Shown piece by piece: positions 18,969-27,923 of a DNA stretch of 64,000 nt. Where the stretch lies: positions 3,308-67,307 of the forward strand of contig JALNWE010000008.1 of NCBI GenBank assembly GCA_023231065.1, read 5' to 3'. How positions within the stretch are numbered: the stretch's first letter is position 1; every line of letters starts with the position of its first letter. Position numbers and translations under genes: made by a program. The notes beneath the pieces are model-generated. The model was given only the letters and a program-made list of their open reading frames with translations, was not told the DNA's origin and did not search any database. Origin of the DNA: Bacteroidales bacterium. GTDB lineage: Bacteria > Bacteroidota > Bacteroidia > Bacteroidales > FEN-979.

Positions 18969-19514
18969 TTAATAGTTTTCATAAATATATTGACCTGCTC
19001 TAAATGCTCCATAACCTGCGGCACCAATACCAATTACAGCCCAACCAATAGGATTGGAAGTACCTAATATCAGTGCAGCGGCACTTGCTGTACCCGCCCA
19101 TCCAACAGTAGCATCGGCAGCATCCCAACCATTTACACTTTGCAACCCTCAATTGTAAGCCTGATTAACAACTTTATATGTTGAGTAACTTGCAGACAGG
19201 CCACCTAAAACACCACCAGTTGCACCAGTAATTTTAAGAGTCATCGCTCCAGTTTTACCAAGAACACTTGCCGTTCTCCATGCTTGTTGAGAATTTCTCA
19301 GATTAGTCCATCCCGTCCAAGATGTAGCAGATTTAAATTGACCTCTAACTATCGCATTGGTAGTTTCTGTTCCTCCCGTAATTAATGTAGTTGCAATTCC
19401 AGAATAATTATTTGCTGTTTCTAACCAACCGCCCCCTTGTCCTAAAGCAATTATAATCGTTAACCCCCAAACTTCAGAGGATGTCTTGTTATCAAATATT
19501 ATTCCCCCATTTGG
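18969..19514 (-). pseudogene. Orphan Rhs C-terminal toxin cassette (no start codon, one internal TGA)
   Basis: The minus-strand reading PNGGIIFDNKTSSEVWGLTIII... is identical to residues in the tail of the 2079-aa Rhs protein. It then diverges (ALGQGGGWLETANNYSGIATTLITGG...GWAVIGIGAAGYGAFRAGQYIYENY*). There is an in-frame TGA at 19149-19151 and an in-frame stop just upstream of the homology, so it cannot be translated independently. Confidence 0.8.
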
Positions 19515-19515
19515 T
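19449..19515. repeat. 67-nt segment identical to 22079..22145 (junction of the orphan cassette)
   Basis: aattataatcgttaacccccaaacttcagaggatgtcttgttatcaaatattattcccccatttggt occurs at both positions. Flanks on both sides are unrelated. Confidence 0.95.
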
Positions 19516-19878
19516 GCCTTTTTTCTCCTTCAATATTTGTTTTATACATATTATTTCTTTCTTAATGGATAAAAATTATTAAAATCCGCTTTGGTTATTT
19601 TTAATTGAGGATCTTTATCTTGATCTCCATGAATTGTTATTGGGAATTGACTTAATTCAATTAACTTAATGTAATCAAAATCTAAAATGGCTTTTCTAAA
19701 TCCACTCCAAAATTCTTGAAAATTCAAAGTTTGGTTCTGTATATTAGTCTCCGTTGCCGTATTCTTTGCGTTCGCAACCGTTTCAACTCATAAAGTAGTT
19801 GAATTGCTGTTATGAGATAAACAGGCCTATAGGCAAATCATAAGAAAGACTGAAATATTTTTTATTTTATAAAATATA

Positions 19879-19916
19879 ATTGGATTCCGTTTTGAAAAGA
19901 GAGGATTTTAGAAAAA
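19879..19916. repeat. Copy A of a 38-nt conserved element (partner at 28588..28625)
   Basis: attggattccgttttg is identical in both copies, then about 15 of 22 positions match (about 31/38 overall). It lies just 3' of the LytTR gene stop. Confidence 0.75.
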
Positions 19917-19927
19917 TCAGATCATAA

Positions 19928-20674
19928 CTATTGCATCAGGAGGGACAAAACAGAGTTTTTTCGATCGCGTGCTATCTCATGGATTGTTCCGTCCGAAAGA
20001 ATTAACTCTCTACTTCCCTTTTGTATTTTTCGAATTTTTGATCTATTGACCAAGATAGATTGATGAATCCGGATAAAATTACTGAAGAGCAGTTTCTGTT
20101 CAAAATGCATGAGATTTTTTGTGGCAAGAATAGTTTCGGTTCCTCCCTTTTCATTTGTAAAGAAAAGATGAGTGTAATTACCATCAGATTTACAATATAA
20201 AATATTTTGACAAGGGATAAAGGTATAAGAACCCGCCTCTGAAATACAAAGGCTTTGATTATTAGATGAGATCCCTGCCATCGACTTGCATGAAAGTATG
20301 TCTCTGCTTTTAATTCGTTCAATTGCTTTGTTTACCGACACCTGTAACTCGTCCTCATAGAAAGGTTTTGAAAGGTAATCGACAGCATTTACTTTAAACG
20401 CCCGCAAAGCATATTGATCTGATGCAGAAATTATGATAATCTGAAAATCAATTTTTGGAAGCTGTTCTAGCAAATCAAAAGCATTGCTGTCACCTAATTT
20501 AATATCGAGAAACAGAAGTTCAAAAGATCGTTCAGAAAGTTTCTGAACGAATTCTAACCCGGAATGAATGGTATCTATTACCTTTACCTTGGGACAAAAA
20601 TCACGGAGTAAATTTTTCAGATATACGATTTGGATCAATTCATCTTCGGCAATTACAGCATTTATCATGAACAA
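19928..20674 (-). CDS. LytR/AlgR-family response regulator (receiver + LytTR DNA-binding domain)
   Basis: 248 aa. The receiver has AEDE and FLDIKLGD (phospho-acceptor Asp) and SKPF. The C-terminal LytTR domain has FIRIHQSILVN and ILSDGTIHEIARDRK. No histidine kinase gene occurs anywhere in the window. Confidence 0.88.
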   Translation of the reverse strand: MFMINAVIAEDELIQIVYLKNLLRDFCPKVKVIDTIHSGLEFVQKLSERSFELLFLDIKLGDSNAFDLLEQLPKIDFQIIIISASDQYALRAFKVNAVDYLSKPFYEDELQVSVNKAIERIKSRDILSCKSMAGISSNNQSLCISEAGSYTFIPCQNILYCKSDGNYTHLFFTNEKGGTETILATKNLMHFEQKLLFSNFIRIHQSILVNRSKIRKIQKGSRELILSDGTIHEIARDRKNSVLSLLMQ

Positions 20675-20824
20675 TTTTTAATTCTGGTTTTCAGTATAGT
20701 ATTGATGTGATGATACATCATAAACATTTCAAAATTACGAATTATTTATAATTATAAGTTAAAATATGGTTACTTTTTTGATGCATTTGCACCATATCAA
20801 AATCTAAAATGACAGACAAAATGA

Positions 20825-21179
20825 ATGAACGAGCTTGGAAAAAGGATACAGAAACTCAGGAAACAAAATAATCTCTCAAAACGAGCTTGCCGATAAGATT
20901 AATATTTATAAAGCGCAAATGAGCCGCTACGAGGTTAAAGGAGTACAACCTCCGGCAGATATTCTTAATAAAATTGCTGATGTTCTTGGCACTTCTGTTG
21001 ATTTCCTAATTAACGGCAATACTACTGAAAAGGCGCAAACTACCCTTAAAGATGCTGACCTGATAAGACAATTCAAAGAAATTGAGGGGCTTCCAGATAA
21101 TGAAAAAAGCACTATCCTTAAAGTGGTTAGTGCTTATATCAGAGATTTTAAAGCAAGACAAACGTATTTGGTATTATAA
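20825..21179 (+). pseudogene. XRE-family helix-turn-helix regulator with an apparent single-base frameshift near codon 16
   Basis: ATG 20825 reads MNELGKRIQKLRKQNNLS and then stops at 20894. Track ORF 20835..21179 in the next frame continues ISQNELADKINIYKAQMSRYEVKGVQPPADILNKIADVLGTSVDFLING. Joined, they form a canonical HTH_XRE domain. The shift maps to the A-rich tract around 20861-20880. Confidence 0.75.
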
Positions 21180-21180
21180 A

Positions 21181-21214
21181 CACAAAAGCCGGATAGCTCC
21201 GGCTTTTGTGTTTT
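21181..21214. terminator. Bidirectional rho-independent terminator between convergent genes
   Basis: cacaaaagccgga (21181-21193) and tccggcttttgtg (21198-21210) form a perfect 13-bp stem with a 4-nt loop. A T-run follows on the + strand. Confidence 0.75.
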
Positions 21215-21623
21215 AGAAATAGTATTTTCTATAAATGGATAATCCTATTGTTATAAACATGTTTAGAACCATGTATACAACAATGTAAAGACCTTTTCGG
21301 TTTCTTGACATTATGTCTTCAAATCCCCATTTTTTTCTAACAATGTCATAGTTTGTTACACTAAAGTATCTATAAAAATTAAATGCTAATAATGCTATTG
21401 CTAATAATGATGCGTATGAATGCATAAAATTCTTACCCTCATTGGCTTCAAAGATTGCATTTACATCATTTGAAAAAAAAGCAATTATTAATAAAATAGA
21501 TACAATGTGAAATCCTTGCATTAATGTTACAAGAAGTGCTCCTAATGCTTCTCCATTCTTAGCATTGAACATTTTAATGTAAAAATCTGCTACCCGATAA
21601 AATATATAATCAAATACTTTCAT
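21213..21623 (-). CDS. Small polytopic membrane protein, candidate cognate immunity protein of the Rhs toxin
   Basis: 136 aa with about 3-4 hydrophobic helices. It starts 6 nt after the rhs stop on the same strand, the classic toxin-immunity arrangement. Confidence 0.55.
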   Translation of the reverse strand: MKVFDYIFYRVADFYIKMFNAKNGEALGALLVTLMQGFHIVSILLIIAFFSNDVNAIFEANEGKNFMHSYASLLAIALLAFNFYRYFSVTNYDIVRKKWGFEDIMSRNRKGLYIVVYMVLNMFITIGLSIYRKYYF

Positions 21624-21628
21624 ATTAC

Positions 21629-24600
21629 TTACTGACCAATTTTATTTAATTGTAATTCTAAATGTTCTCCAATGGTCTTACCTGTATATGATTCAACAGC
21701 AACGTTAGAGATAAAGTAGACACCTGATACAGCCCAGCCAACACCTGGAATAAATGTTGTCATACCCATAGCAAAATCAAAAGTATTGGCGAATCTAAAA
21801 TCAGAAACCATGTTTATACCAGATACTGCTGCTCCAGCATACGCAAAACTTCTAGAAGCTATTTTGGCTCCTTCTGCTAATTGCCCAGTTAGGTTGTAAC
21901 TTCTTTTTAATAGATAATTATTACCGATAGAGGCAGTACTTCTAATTTTTCCGTTTTTCTGAACCCAATATAATTCATTATGTAAAGCCTCACCTTTTGC
22001 ACTATAATAAAGGTCGCCGGCATTAAAAGCAAAATTGGCATTATCCATAAACGAATGACCATCCCCTTGTCCGTTGTTAATTATAATCGTTAACCCCCAA
22101 ACTTCAGAGGATGTCTTGTTATCAAATATTATTCCCCCATTTGGTAAAGTACTTATGTTTCCAGGTGCACCCAATGACGCAACATAAATTTTTCTTCCAA
22201 AGGCATCTATGGGAGTTACTATAAATCCAGCATCTATATATTCAGCCGCTTTACCTTGTTCCGGGTCTTTTTTGTTAATTTCACTATTTGATAATATGGA
22301 AGGCAATGTAACATTATTGAAATATAGTTGATTATATGTTTTAGCTCCATATGTATTGATAAAAGCCGAAGCTGAACTACAGAAGAATATAGCATCATTG
22401 GCAGGACGCCATCTGTCGTTTGACCCTCCCGGGCCACCTCCCGGGTTCCAAGTATTCCAGGGTGGCGGGTCATATGGATCGAATTGGGGTTTAAACCCGC
22501 TCGGATCAGTAAATTTAAGCGGATTGTTCAGGCAGTAGCTGTACCGGTTATGGCTTTGGGAATTCCCCAAATCCTGGAGGACCGGGTCGGGTGAAAGAAA
22601 CCGTGCAAGCACGGGGTCGAACACCCTGCCATTCATATTGATGAGGCCGAATTTATCGAGATGCTCATGCCCGGTATAACCACGGTCGAAAAGGAAGGTG
22701 GTGGGTACATTGGTATAGGTCCAGTTGGTGGGGTGGCGACGCCGGCCCCAAGGATCGAAACTCAATGTTTCGAGTTTAGCGCCGGTGCCGCTCGTGATCA
22801 GATTATAATTGCCAAGGTAATCGGTATGAATGTAAAATGGCGTTGTGGTGTTGTTTTTTATTTCAATGATTGCGAATATGCCACTGCTGGCCGAAAGATA
22901 ATGCAGTTGGCGGGCTTGGCCTGTTGTATTATCGATTTCAATTTCGAAGTCATCAAAAAAATATTTTGTCTTCAGTACAATTATTGAATGATCGTATACA
23001 TTAAATAATATAGATTTAATACGTTGATCATCAGGACCATACTCAATACTCAATTTGTTCAACATCATACCGTCCCGGTCAATTTGTGAAATTTGCTGTA
23101 CTTTGTTGAATCCGGTATAGGAAATCGTTTGGGCTGTAGCTGAAGCTAAATAACCTGCAGTAGGCAGGGTTATACCTGTTACCGCATGAGGTCCTGCACT
23201 GGTATAGGTATACTGGCTTTCGGTTGGCTGGGTAACATCCGATTTGGTAAGTATGTTGCCGTTATCTGCGTACTGTAATGAATATTTGGGCGATCCATTT
23301 TGCACCTGCCAGGAAGTAAGCCTCGACTTTAATATTGGGTCATATTCATAAGTCTCATATAACGAATATCCGCTGCTAATTAGTTCCGTTTTACTATTCA
23401 GATTGCCAGTAAATATATCAAAACTATAATTGAGATCTTGTAAGACATTTTGAGTTGCAACATTTTTAGTTGTAATATGGCCCGGGAACCCATATGAATC
23501 AAAGTCCTTATGGGTGGCAAGTCCATTCCCAAGGGTATAATCAGTAAGTTGTCCACGTGCATTGGCAGTATTTGCAGTCCATAATGGTATTAAAGTGCTG
23601 TTTTCAATTACTTTTTTCATGTAGCCGTATGCATCGTATTCATATTTTATTTTGTACAGCGAAGGGTAAGTATAATACTCCAGCATCCCTGAAAGGGTAC
23701 TGTAATTATATCCAAAGGTATAACTAATTCCTTCAAAAATTTCGGTTTTTGATGTTGTTCGCCCAAGCAAATCATAGCTGTATTCTATTTTTGTTTCATT
23801 GCTCCCGTTAATCGTTTTGATCAAATTCTTTATTTGTCCGAAGCCCGCCTCCGAGCTCCCATTATAATTATATGTGGTAAGTGTGTTGTCGGGAGTGAGG
23901 CTACTCGTTTTTATGCGCCCCAATACATCGTAGGTATTCGTGAACATCGATCCACGGGCATCAGTTTGGGTAACAAGCTCTCCAAAAGCATTGTAGGTAC
24001 TTAATGTAATTCCGGCGTCAGGATCAATTACTTTGGTACGGTTCCCTGCATCGTCATATTCAAAATATGTTGGCGCTCCCTGCGCGTAGATGGAACGAAT
24101 GCGTGATGCCGCATCGTAATTATAGTTTATAGATCCGCTTGCAGGGTCTTTGACTATGTCGACGCTCCCGGTGACATTTACCGTGGTTTCTTTCCAAATT
24201 CCTGAAGGAGCATTTGAAATCCTGGTAGTAAGCCCTTTGAACTCAGTACTATTAATTGCGCCGGTAGGAAGGGTTTGGCTAACAAGCCTTCCAAGGTCAT
24301 CATATCCGGAGGTTGTCCATTGCGATGGAGGGCCATTGGCAGCATAAGGCTCTGATACTTGTGCAACCCTTCCCATAATATCGAAGTTATTATCGATATT
24401 TATATACTCTCCATTCAGCCCTTGTGTTACTATGCGTAAAGGTCTGCAATATTTATCATAAAATGTATATGATTTATTCCATTTGTTTGTACCACTACTC
24501 AGATTTTTATACGAAAGAACATAATACAGTGCAGTTGGGGGCGGGACCAACTCGGTGAGAAGGGCGCTCCAGTTTACAACTATTTCATTAGATGTACCAT

Positions 24601-27600
24601 CAGGCTGGTTGGTTTTTATAAGTCTTCCCTGGATGTCATAGCTATAGGTTGTGGTACCTACACTGTTCAGGTTTTTACTTGTCAGCAATCTGCCGGGGAC
24701 AGGATCGTAAGTAAAAGTAGTTACCTGATCGTTGCCGGAACCGTCTTCATCTTTTATGGTTTTTGATGTTAAAAAGCGGCTCATATATCCAGGATCTGTT
24801 CCATAAGCATATTCTGTTATTCTTTCAGGAGGTGCGCCATTAGCCGTTGCCTTAATTGTTTCTCTGATTAAATTTCCGTATAGTGGGTCATAGGCATACC
24901 AGTTTTGTGTTTTAAGATCTTCATTATTATTAGGAAGAGTTTCTTTGTATTTGAGCAAAGGAAATGAAGATTCCCCTGGAACATAATATTCATACGAAAT
25001 TTTAGTCGTATATGTAGGATCAATAATTTCTTCTTCCGGTTTGTGGTAAGTTGTTATTTCGGTAACATCCGGCCGGCCCACAAGCCAGAGGGTTTCGTTA
25101 GCTGGTTTATATGAGGTAACGGTTGTTTTTTCCCAGGAGCATCTGTTTACCGGGTTCGGGCCTACCTCAAATTCGTCCATTAATATTTTATGATTTAGCA
25201 CATTACCATAATTATCGATGTCGCCAATACTTTGGTTTTCAATTTGTATCCCTTTGTAACTGTGAGCAGCGTCGTTATCCCAACTTTTTGTAAAACTCTT
25301 CAGAACAACCGGCAAAAAAATAAGCGCATCGGGGGTTGCCACCTTAAAATCAACTGTATTTTTAGTTTCAGACAATAATTTGTCCTGATTTCCATTTTTC
25401 ATTGACCAGGTTGACAATGTAGCCGGATATGGATAAAAGTATTTGTTATTTTTTATCTGCACTTCATTACTTGAAATATTCAACAGGTTATTTTGCCGTG
25501 AAACTACCCTTGTTTCTTTAAATCCAAGGAATCCTTTTCCTTGCAGATGGATTAAAGGTGTATTAAAAGTATATTGGTCCCAGTCCCATTTTGCATTATT
25601 ATCGCCTATAATATAAGATTCAAGTACCACATTATCTTTGAATCTGGGTTTCGAAACCGGGAAATTGGAGTATAATGGGCCGGTAGTGCCCAAATTGGTA
25701 TATTTTATTTGAGTTTTCACACCAAAACCATCTGTAATTGTATCTATTACATTATTTCCACAACCCATATCTGCAAATGTTTGTATGGACATCCTGTCGT
25801 GGGGATCGTGAGGTGAATCCGTGTTTTCTGATTTAGCCGATGTTAAAATAAAACCCATGGTCCCATTGGCATTAATGCTGGCTTCACTAAAATTAGTACG
25901 GGTAAAATCTGTATTACAACTCACAGATGTCTGCTGGAATTCTGATGAAACTCCATCCGGATTTGTAAAGTAGCATTTTAAAATCAAAGCGCCTGGATTA
26001 AAACTTAAATAAACGAAATCAGCTCTTCCATCATTATTAATATCCGAAACAACCGATGGTGCCCCCGGATATGAAATAGCATTGTCTATTTTTGGCTCCG
26101 TGAAATTGTTACCAAAAGAAAAACATGAAAATCGATTTAGTGAACCATTTACTTCTGTTAGGTAGCTCATATCTGTTTTGCCATCACCATTAAAATCGTC
26201 ATAATATACTTTAAGATTTTGGGAAGTTGGCCATTCAGTAATAGAAAATTCATTAATCTTTGTAAATCCTGAGGCAGCAGAGAATGACCATATACTAAAT
26301 GAATTATTAGCACTACCCTTGCAAAGAATTTCGACATTCCCATCACCATTAATGTCTGCAACAGTTCTGATTGATTGATTTATTGTAATAGGTAACGAAT
26401 GAGAACTTGAATCATAACCAAAAGTGCCGTCTGGCAAGCGTTTACCCACTAAAACCATTAATGATGTTGCCTGTTTTATAAATATATCGTTAATAGCGTC
26501 CCCGGTAATATCACCAGTATAAATGTAACCAATATTAGAATTAGTATATACCTGATTCATCGTATTACCAGTATAATCATAGATTTTTATACCAGCATTA
26601 TCGACAACCAATAGCTCATCATCTCCATTGCTATCCCAATCTATTGCATAAAAATTTTGAAATGTTCCTGTAACTTCCAGCTCAACGTTAACTGTATTGG
26701 GACCGTATAAAGCAATTACTTTATTAGACTCACCAGTAAACTCGTTTTTTCTGTTAAAATAAGTAGCAATCTCGTCTATATGATTACCATCTAAATCAAG
26801 ACCGATTGATTTGAATGAAGAATTACTTATTATCCTTTCAGATTCGAAAATTCCATAATTCTGATATGCAGGATAGTAAAAATCCCAGCCAAAATTCGTA
26901 GGTTTAACGGGACATGCAATTCCATTTTCATAATTAAAAAGTGTTATGTATTTAACGAAAAATTCCTTGCTCACTCCTTTTTGTTCGTAATAACTGATCC
27001 TGTATTCCTTTAGAAGTTTTGTGCCATCAAAGTTTGAAATTAGAATTTTTTGTAAAAGCCATGAATTTTTATTCAAATATTTTTGTCCATTTTTTTCAAG
27101 ATAGGATGTATGCTGCAATTTCTCATTAATCAATCCTACAGAGTAGTCAAAGGTGATTTTTGTACTGCCAAGGGTTTTGGTTATATCTCCTGTATAGCTT
27201 ATACTTATAGGGTGCAATTCTCCCTTATCCTGATCTCGAAAATAAGCATAATCTATACTATTCCCCATTCGGTCAGTTGTTTTATTTAAATGCCATGCCA
27301 AGGGAATATTATCAGAATTATTACCAGAATAAACCTGTCTGCTATCAAGAGTATTGCCATACTCCATGATCATGCCATTTTTGGCATAAACTTTGAAATA
27401 CTTACCATTATCACCTCCATCAATCTCTTCAATTTTGGAAAATACATCTAATTCTGTTCTGTATTCCTTATCCCTGATCTTAATTAAATGTTGACCATCA
27501 AGCATCAATTCGTCATTATCAAAATCAATATTATCATTACCCCCGTTGTAATACAACGTGGGATTACTTCGGGTAATGGCTGAAAATCCGGTCAAACTCC

Positions 27601-27868
27601 ATCCCTGTCCTAAAATATTACCAATTTTTTGCTGGCTATTATAACAAAGTGCAAGATCAGGCTTCATTCCTACCCTTCCTGCCGGCAAATCAAGAGGGAT
27701 CATGTAAGTAGCCCCTCCGGACGGTGAAACACCAAAACTTCCGGGTAAAATACCTACTGAAAAGGCTGTATTTGCTTTTCCATTATCTGATGATTCAGCA
27801 TTCTGAATTTGTGCGTTACATGCGGTTGAAAAAAGGACTGACAGGACTAAAATGAGTAAAGTTTTCAT
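21629..27868 (-). CDS. Rhs/YD-repeat polymorphic toxin with SpvB-like N-terminal domain and FG-GAP/VCBS propeller (TcB-TcC-like fusion)
   Basis: 2079 aa with a Sec signal (MKTLLILVLSVLFSTACNAQ) and an SpvB-type N-terminus (SPSGGATYMIPLDLPAGRVGMKPDLALCYNSQ...GQGWSL). There are six DxDxDG-type FG-GAP loops (DWDSNGDDELLV, ADINGDGNVEIL, DDFNGDGKTDMS, SDINNDGRADFV). Many YD repeats are present (YSYDIQGRL, GYDDLGRL, EYDDAGNR, TYDVLGRI, SYDLLGRT). The Rhs core ends at YSYCLNNPLKFTDPSGF (22493-22507), followed by a 287-aa variable tail. Confidence 0.93.
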   Translation of the reverse strand: MKTLLILVLSVLFSTACNAQIQNAESSDNGKANTAFSVGILPGSFGVSPSGGATYMIPLDLPAGRVGMKPDLALCYNSQQKIGNILGQGWSLTGFSAITRSNPTLYYNGGNDNIDFDNDELMLDGQHLIKIRDKEYRTELDVFSKIEEIDGGDNGKYFKVYAKNGMIMEYGNTLDSRQVYSGNNSDNIPLAWHLNKTTDRMGNSIDYAYFRDQDKGELHPISISYTGDITKTLGSTKITFDYSVGLINEKLQHTSYLEKNGQKYLNKNSWLLQKILISNFDGTKLLKEYRISYYEQKGVSKEFFVKYITLFNYENGIACPVKPTNFGWDFYYPAYQNYGIFESERIISNSSFKSIGLDLDGNHIDEIATYFNRKNEFTGESNKVIALYGPNTVNVELEVTGTFQNFYAIDWDSNGDDELLVVDNAGIKIYDYTGNTMNQVYTNSNIGYIYTGDITGDAINDIFIKQATSLMVLVGKRLPDGTFGYDSSSHSLPITINQSIRTVADINGDGNVEILCKGSANNSFSIWSFSAASGFTKINEFSITEWPTSQNLKVYYDDFNGDGKTDMSYLTEVNGSLNRFSCFSFGNNFTEPKIDNAISYPGAPSVVSDINNDGRADFVYLSFNPGALILKCYFTNPDGVSSEFQQTSVSCNTDFTRTNFSEASINANGTMGFILTSAKSENTDSPHDPHDRMSIQTFADMGCGNNVIDTITDGFGVKTQIKYTNLGTTGPLYSNFPVSKPRFKDNVVLESYIIGDNNAKWDWDQYTFNTPLIHLQGKGFLGFKETRVVSRQNNLLNISSNEVQIKNNKYFYPYPATLSTWSMKNGNQDKLLSETKNTVDFKVATPDALIFLPVVLKSFTKSWDNDAAHSYKGIQIENQSIGDIDNYGNVLNHKILMDEFEVGPNPVNRCSWEKTTVTSYKPANETLWLVGRPDVTEITTYHKPEEEIIDPTYTTKISYEYYVPGESSFPLLKYKETLPNNNEDLKTQNWYAYDPLYGNLIRETIKATANGAPPERITEYAYGTDPGYMSRFLTSKTIKDEDGSGNDQVTTFTYDPVPGRLLTSKNLNSVGTTTYSYDIQGRLIKTNQPDGTSNEIVVNWSALLTELVPPPTALYYVLSYKNLSSGTNKWNKSYTFYDKYCRPLRIVTQGLNGEYINIDNNFDIMGRVAQVSEPYAANGPPSQWTTSGYDDLGRLVSQTLPTGAINSTEFKGLTTRISNAPSGIWKETTVNVTGSVDIVKDPASGSINYNYDAASRIRSIYAQGAPTYFEYDDAGNRTKVIDPDAGITLSTYNAFGELVTQTDARGSMFTNTYDVLGRIKTSSLTPDNTLTTYNYNGSSEAGFGQIKNLIKTINGSNETKIEYSYDLLGRTTSKTEIFEGISYTFGYNYSTLSGMLEYYTYPSLYKIKYEYDAYGYMKKVIENSTLIPLWTANTANARGQLTDYTLGNGLATHKDFDSYGFPGHITTKNVATQNVLQDLNYSFDIFTGNLNSKTELISSGYSLYETYEYDPILKSRLTSWQVQNGSPKYSLQYADNGNILTKSDVTQPTESQYTYTSAGPHAVTGITLPTAGYLASATAQTISYTGFNKVQQISQIDRDGMMLNKLSIEYGPDDQRIKSILFNVYDHSIIVLKTKYFFDDFEIEIDNTTGQARQLHYLSASSGIFAIIEIKNNTTTPFYIHTDYLGNYNLITSGTGAKLETLSFDPWGRRRHPTNWTYTNVPTTFLFDRGYTGHEHLDKFGLINMNGRVFDPVLARFLSPDPVLQDLGNSQSHNRYSYCLNNPLKFTDPSGFKPQFDPYDPPPWNTWNPGGGPGGSNDRWRPANDAIFFCSSASAFINTYGAKTYNQLYFNNVTLPSILSNSEINKKDPEQGKAAEYIDAGFIVTPIDAFGRKIYVASLGAPGNISTLPNGGIIFDNKTSSEVWGLTIIINNGQGDGHSFMDNANFAFNAGDLYYSAKGEALHNELYWVQKNGKIRSTASIGNNYLLKRSYNLTGQLAEGAKIASRSFAYAGAAVSGINMVSDFRFANTFDFAMGMTTFIPGVGWAVSGVYFISNVAVESYTGKTIGEHLELQLNKIGQ
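22079..22145. repeat. 67-nt segment identical to 19449..19515 (inside the Rhs C-terminal tail)
   Basis: See the partner entry. It lies about 116-138 codons after the DPSGF cleavage motif, inside the tail rather than at the core boundary. Confidence 0.95.
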
Positions 27869-27923
27869 GTTTAAAATTTGACAGGTTAAGACTGTATCAG
27901 ACTATTCGACAAAAGATGAAAGA

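Noticed and set aside
19551-19783. Protein-like open frame on the minus strand (…NFQEFWSGFRKAILDFDYIKLIELSQFPITIHGDQDKDPQLKITKADFNNFYPLRKK*) between the LytTR gene and the orphan toxin tip
   Set aside because: It has no ATG (only an internal TTG), a stop lies immediately upstream and I recognise no family. It could be a remnant of another immunity or accessory gene, but I cannot support calling it.
21629-27868. Assigning the Rhs protein to a type VI secretion system
   Set aside because: There is no PAAR, VgrG, Hcp or Tss gene in the window, and the protein has a Sec signal peptide and a TcB-like SpvB/propeller N-terminus instead of a PAAR or T6SS adaptor domain.
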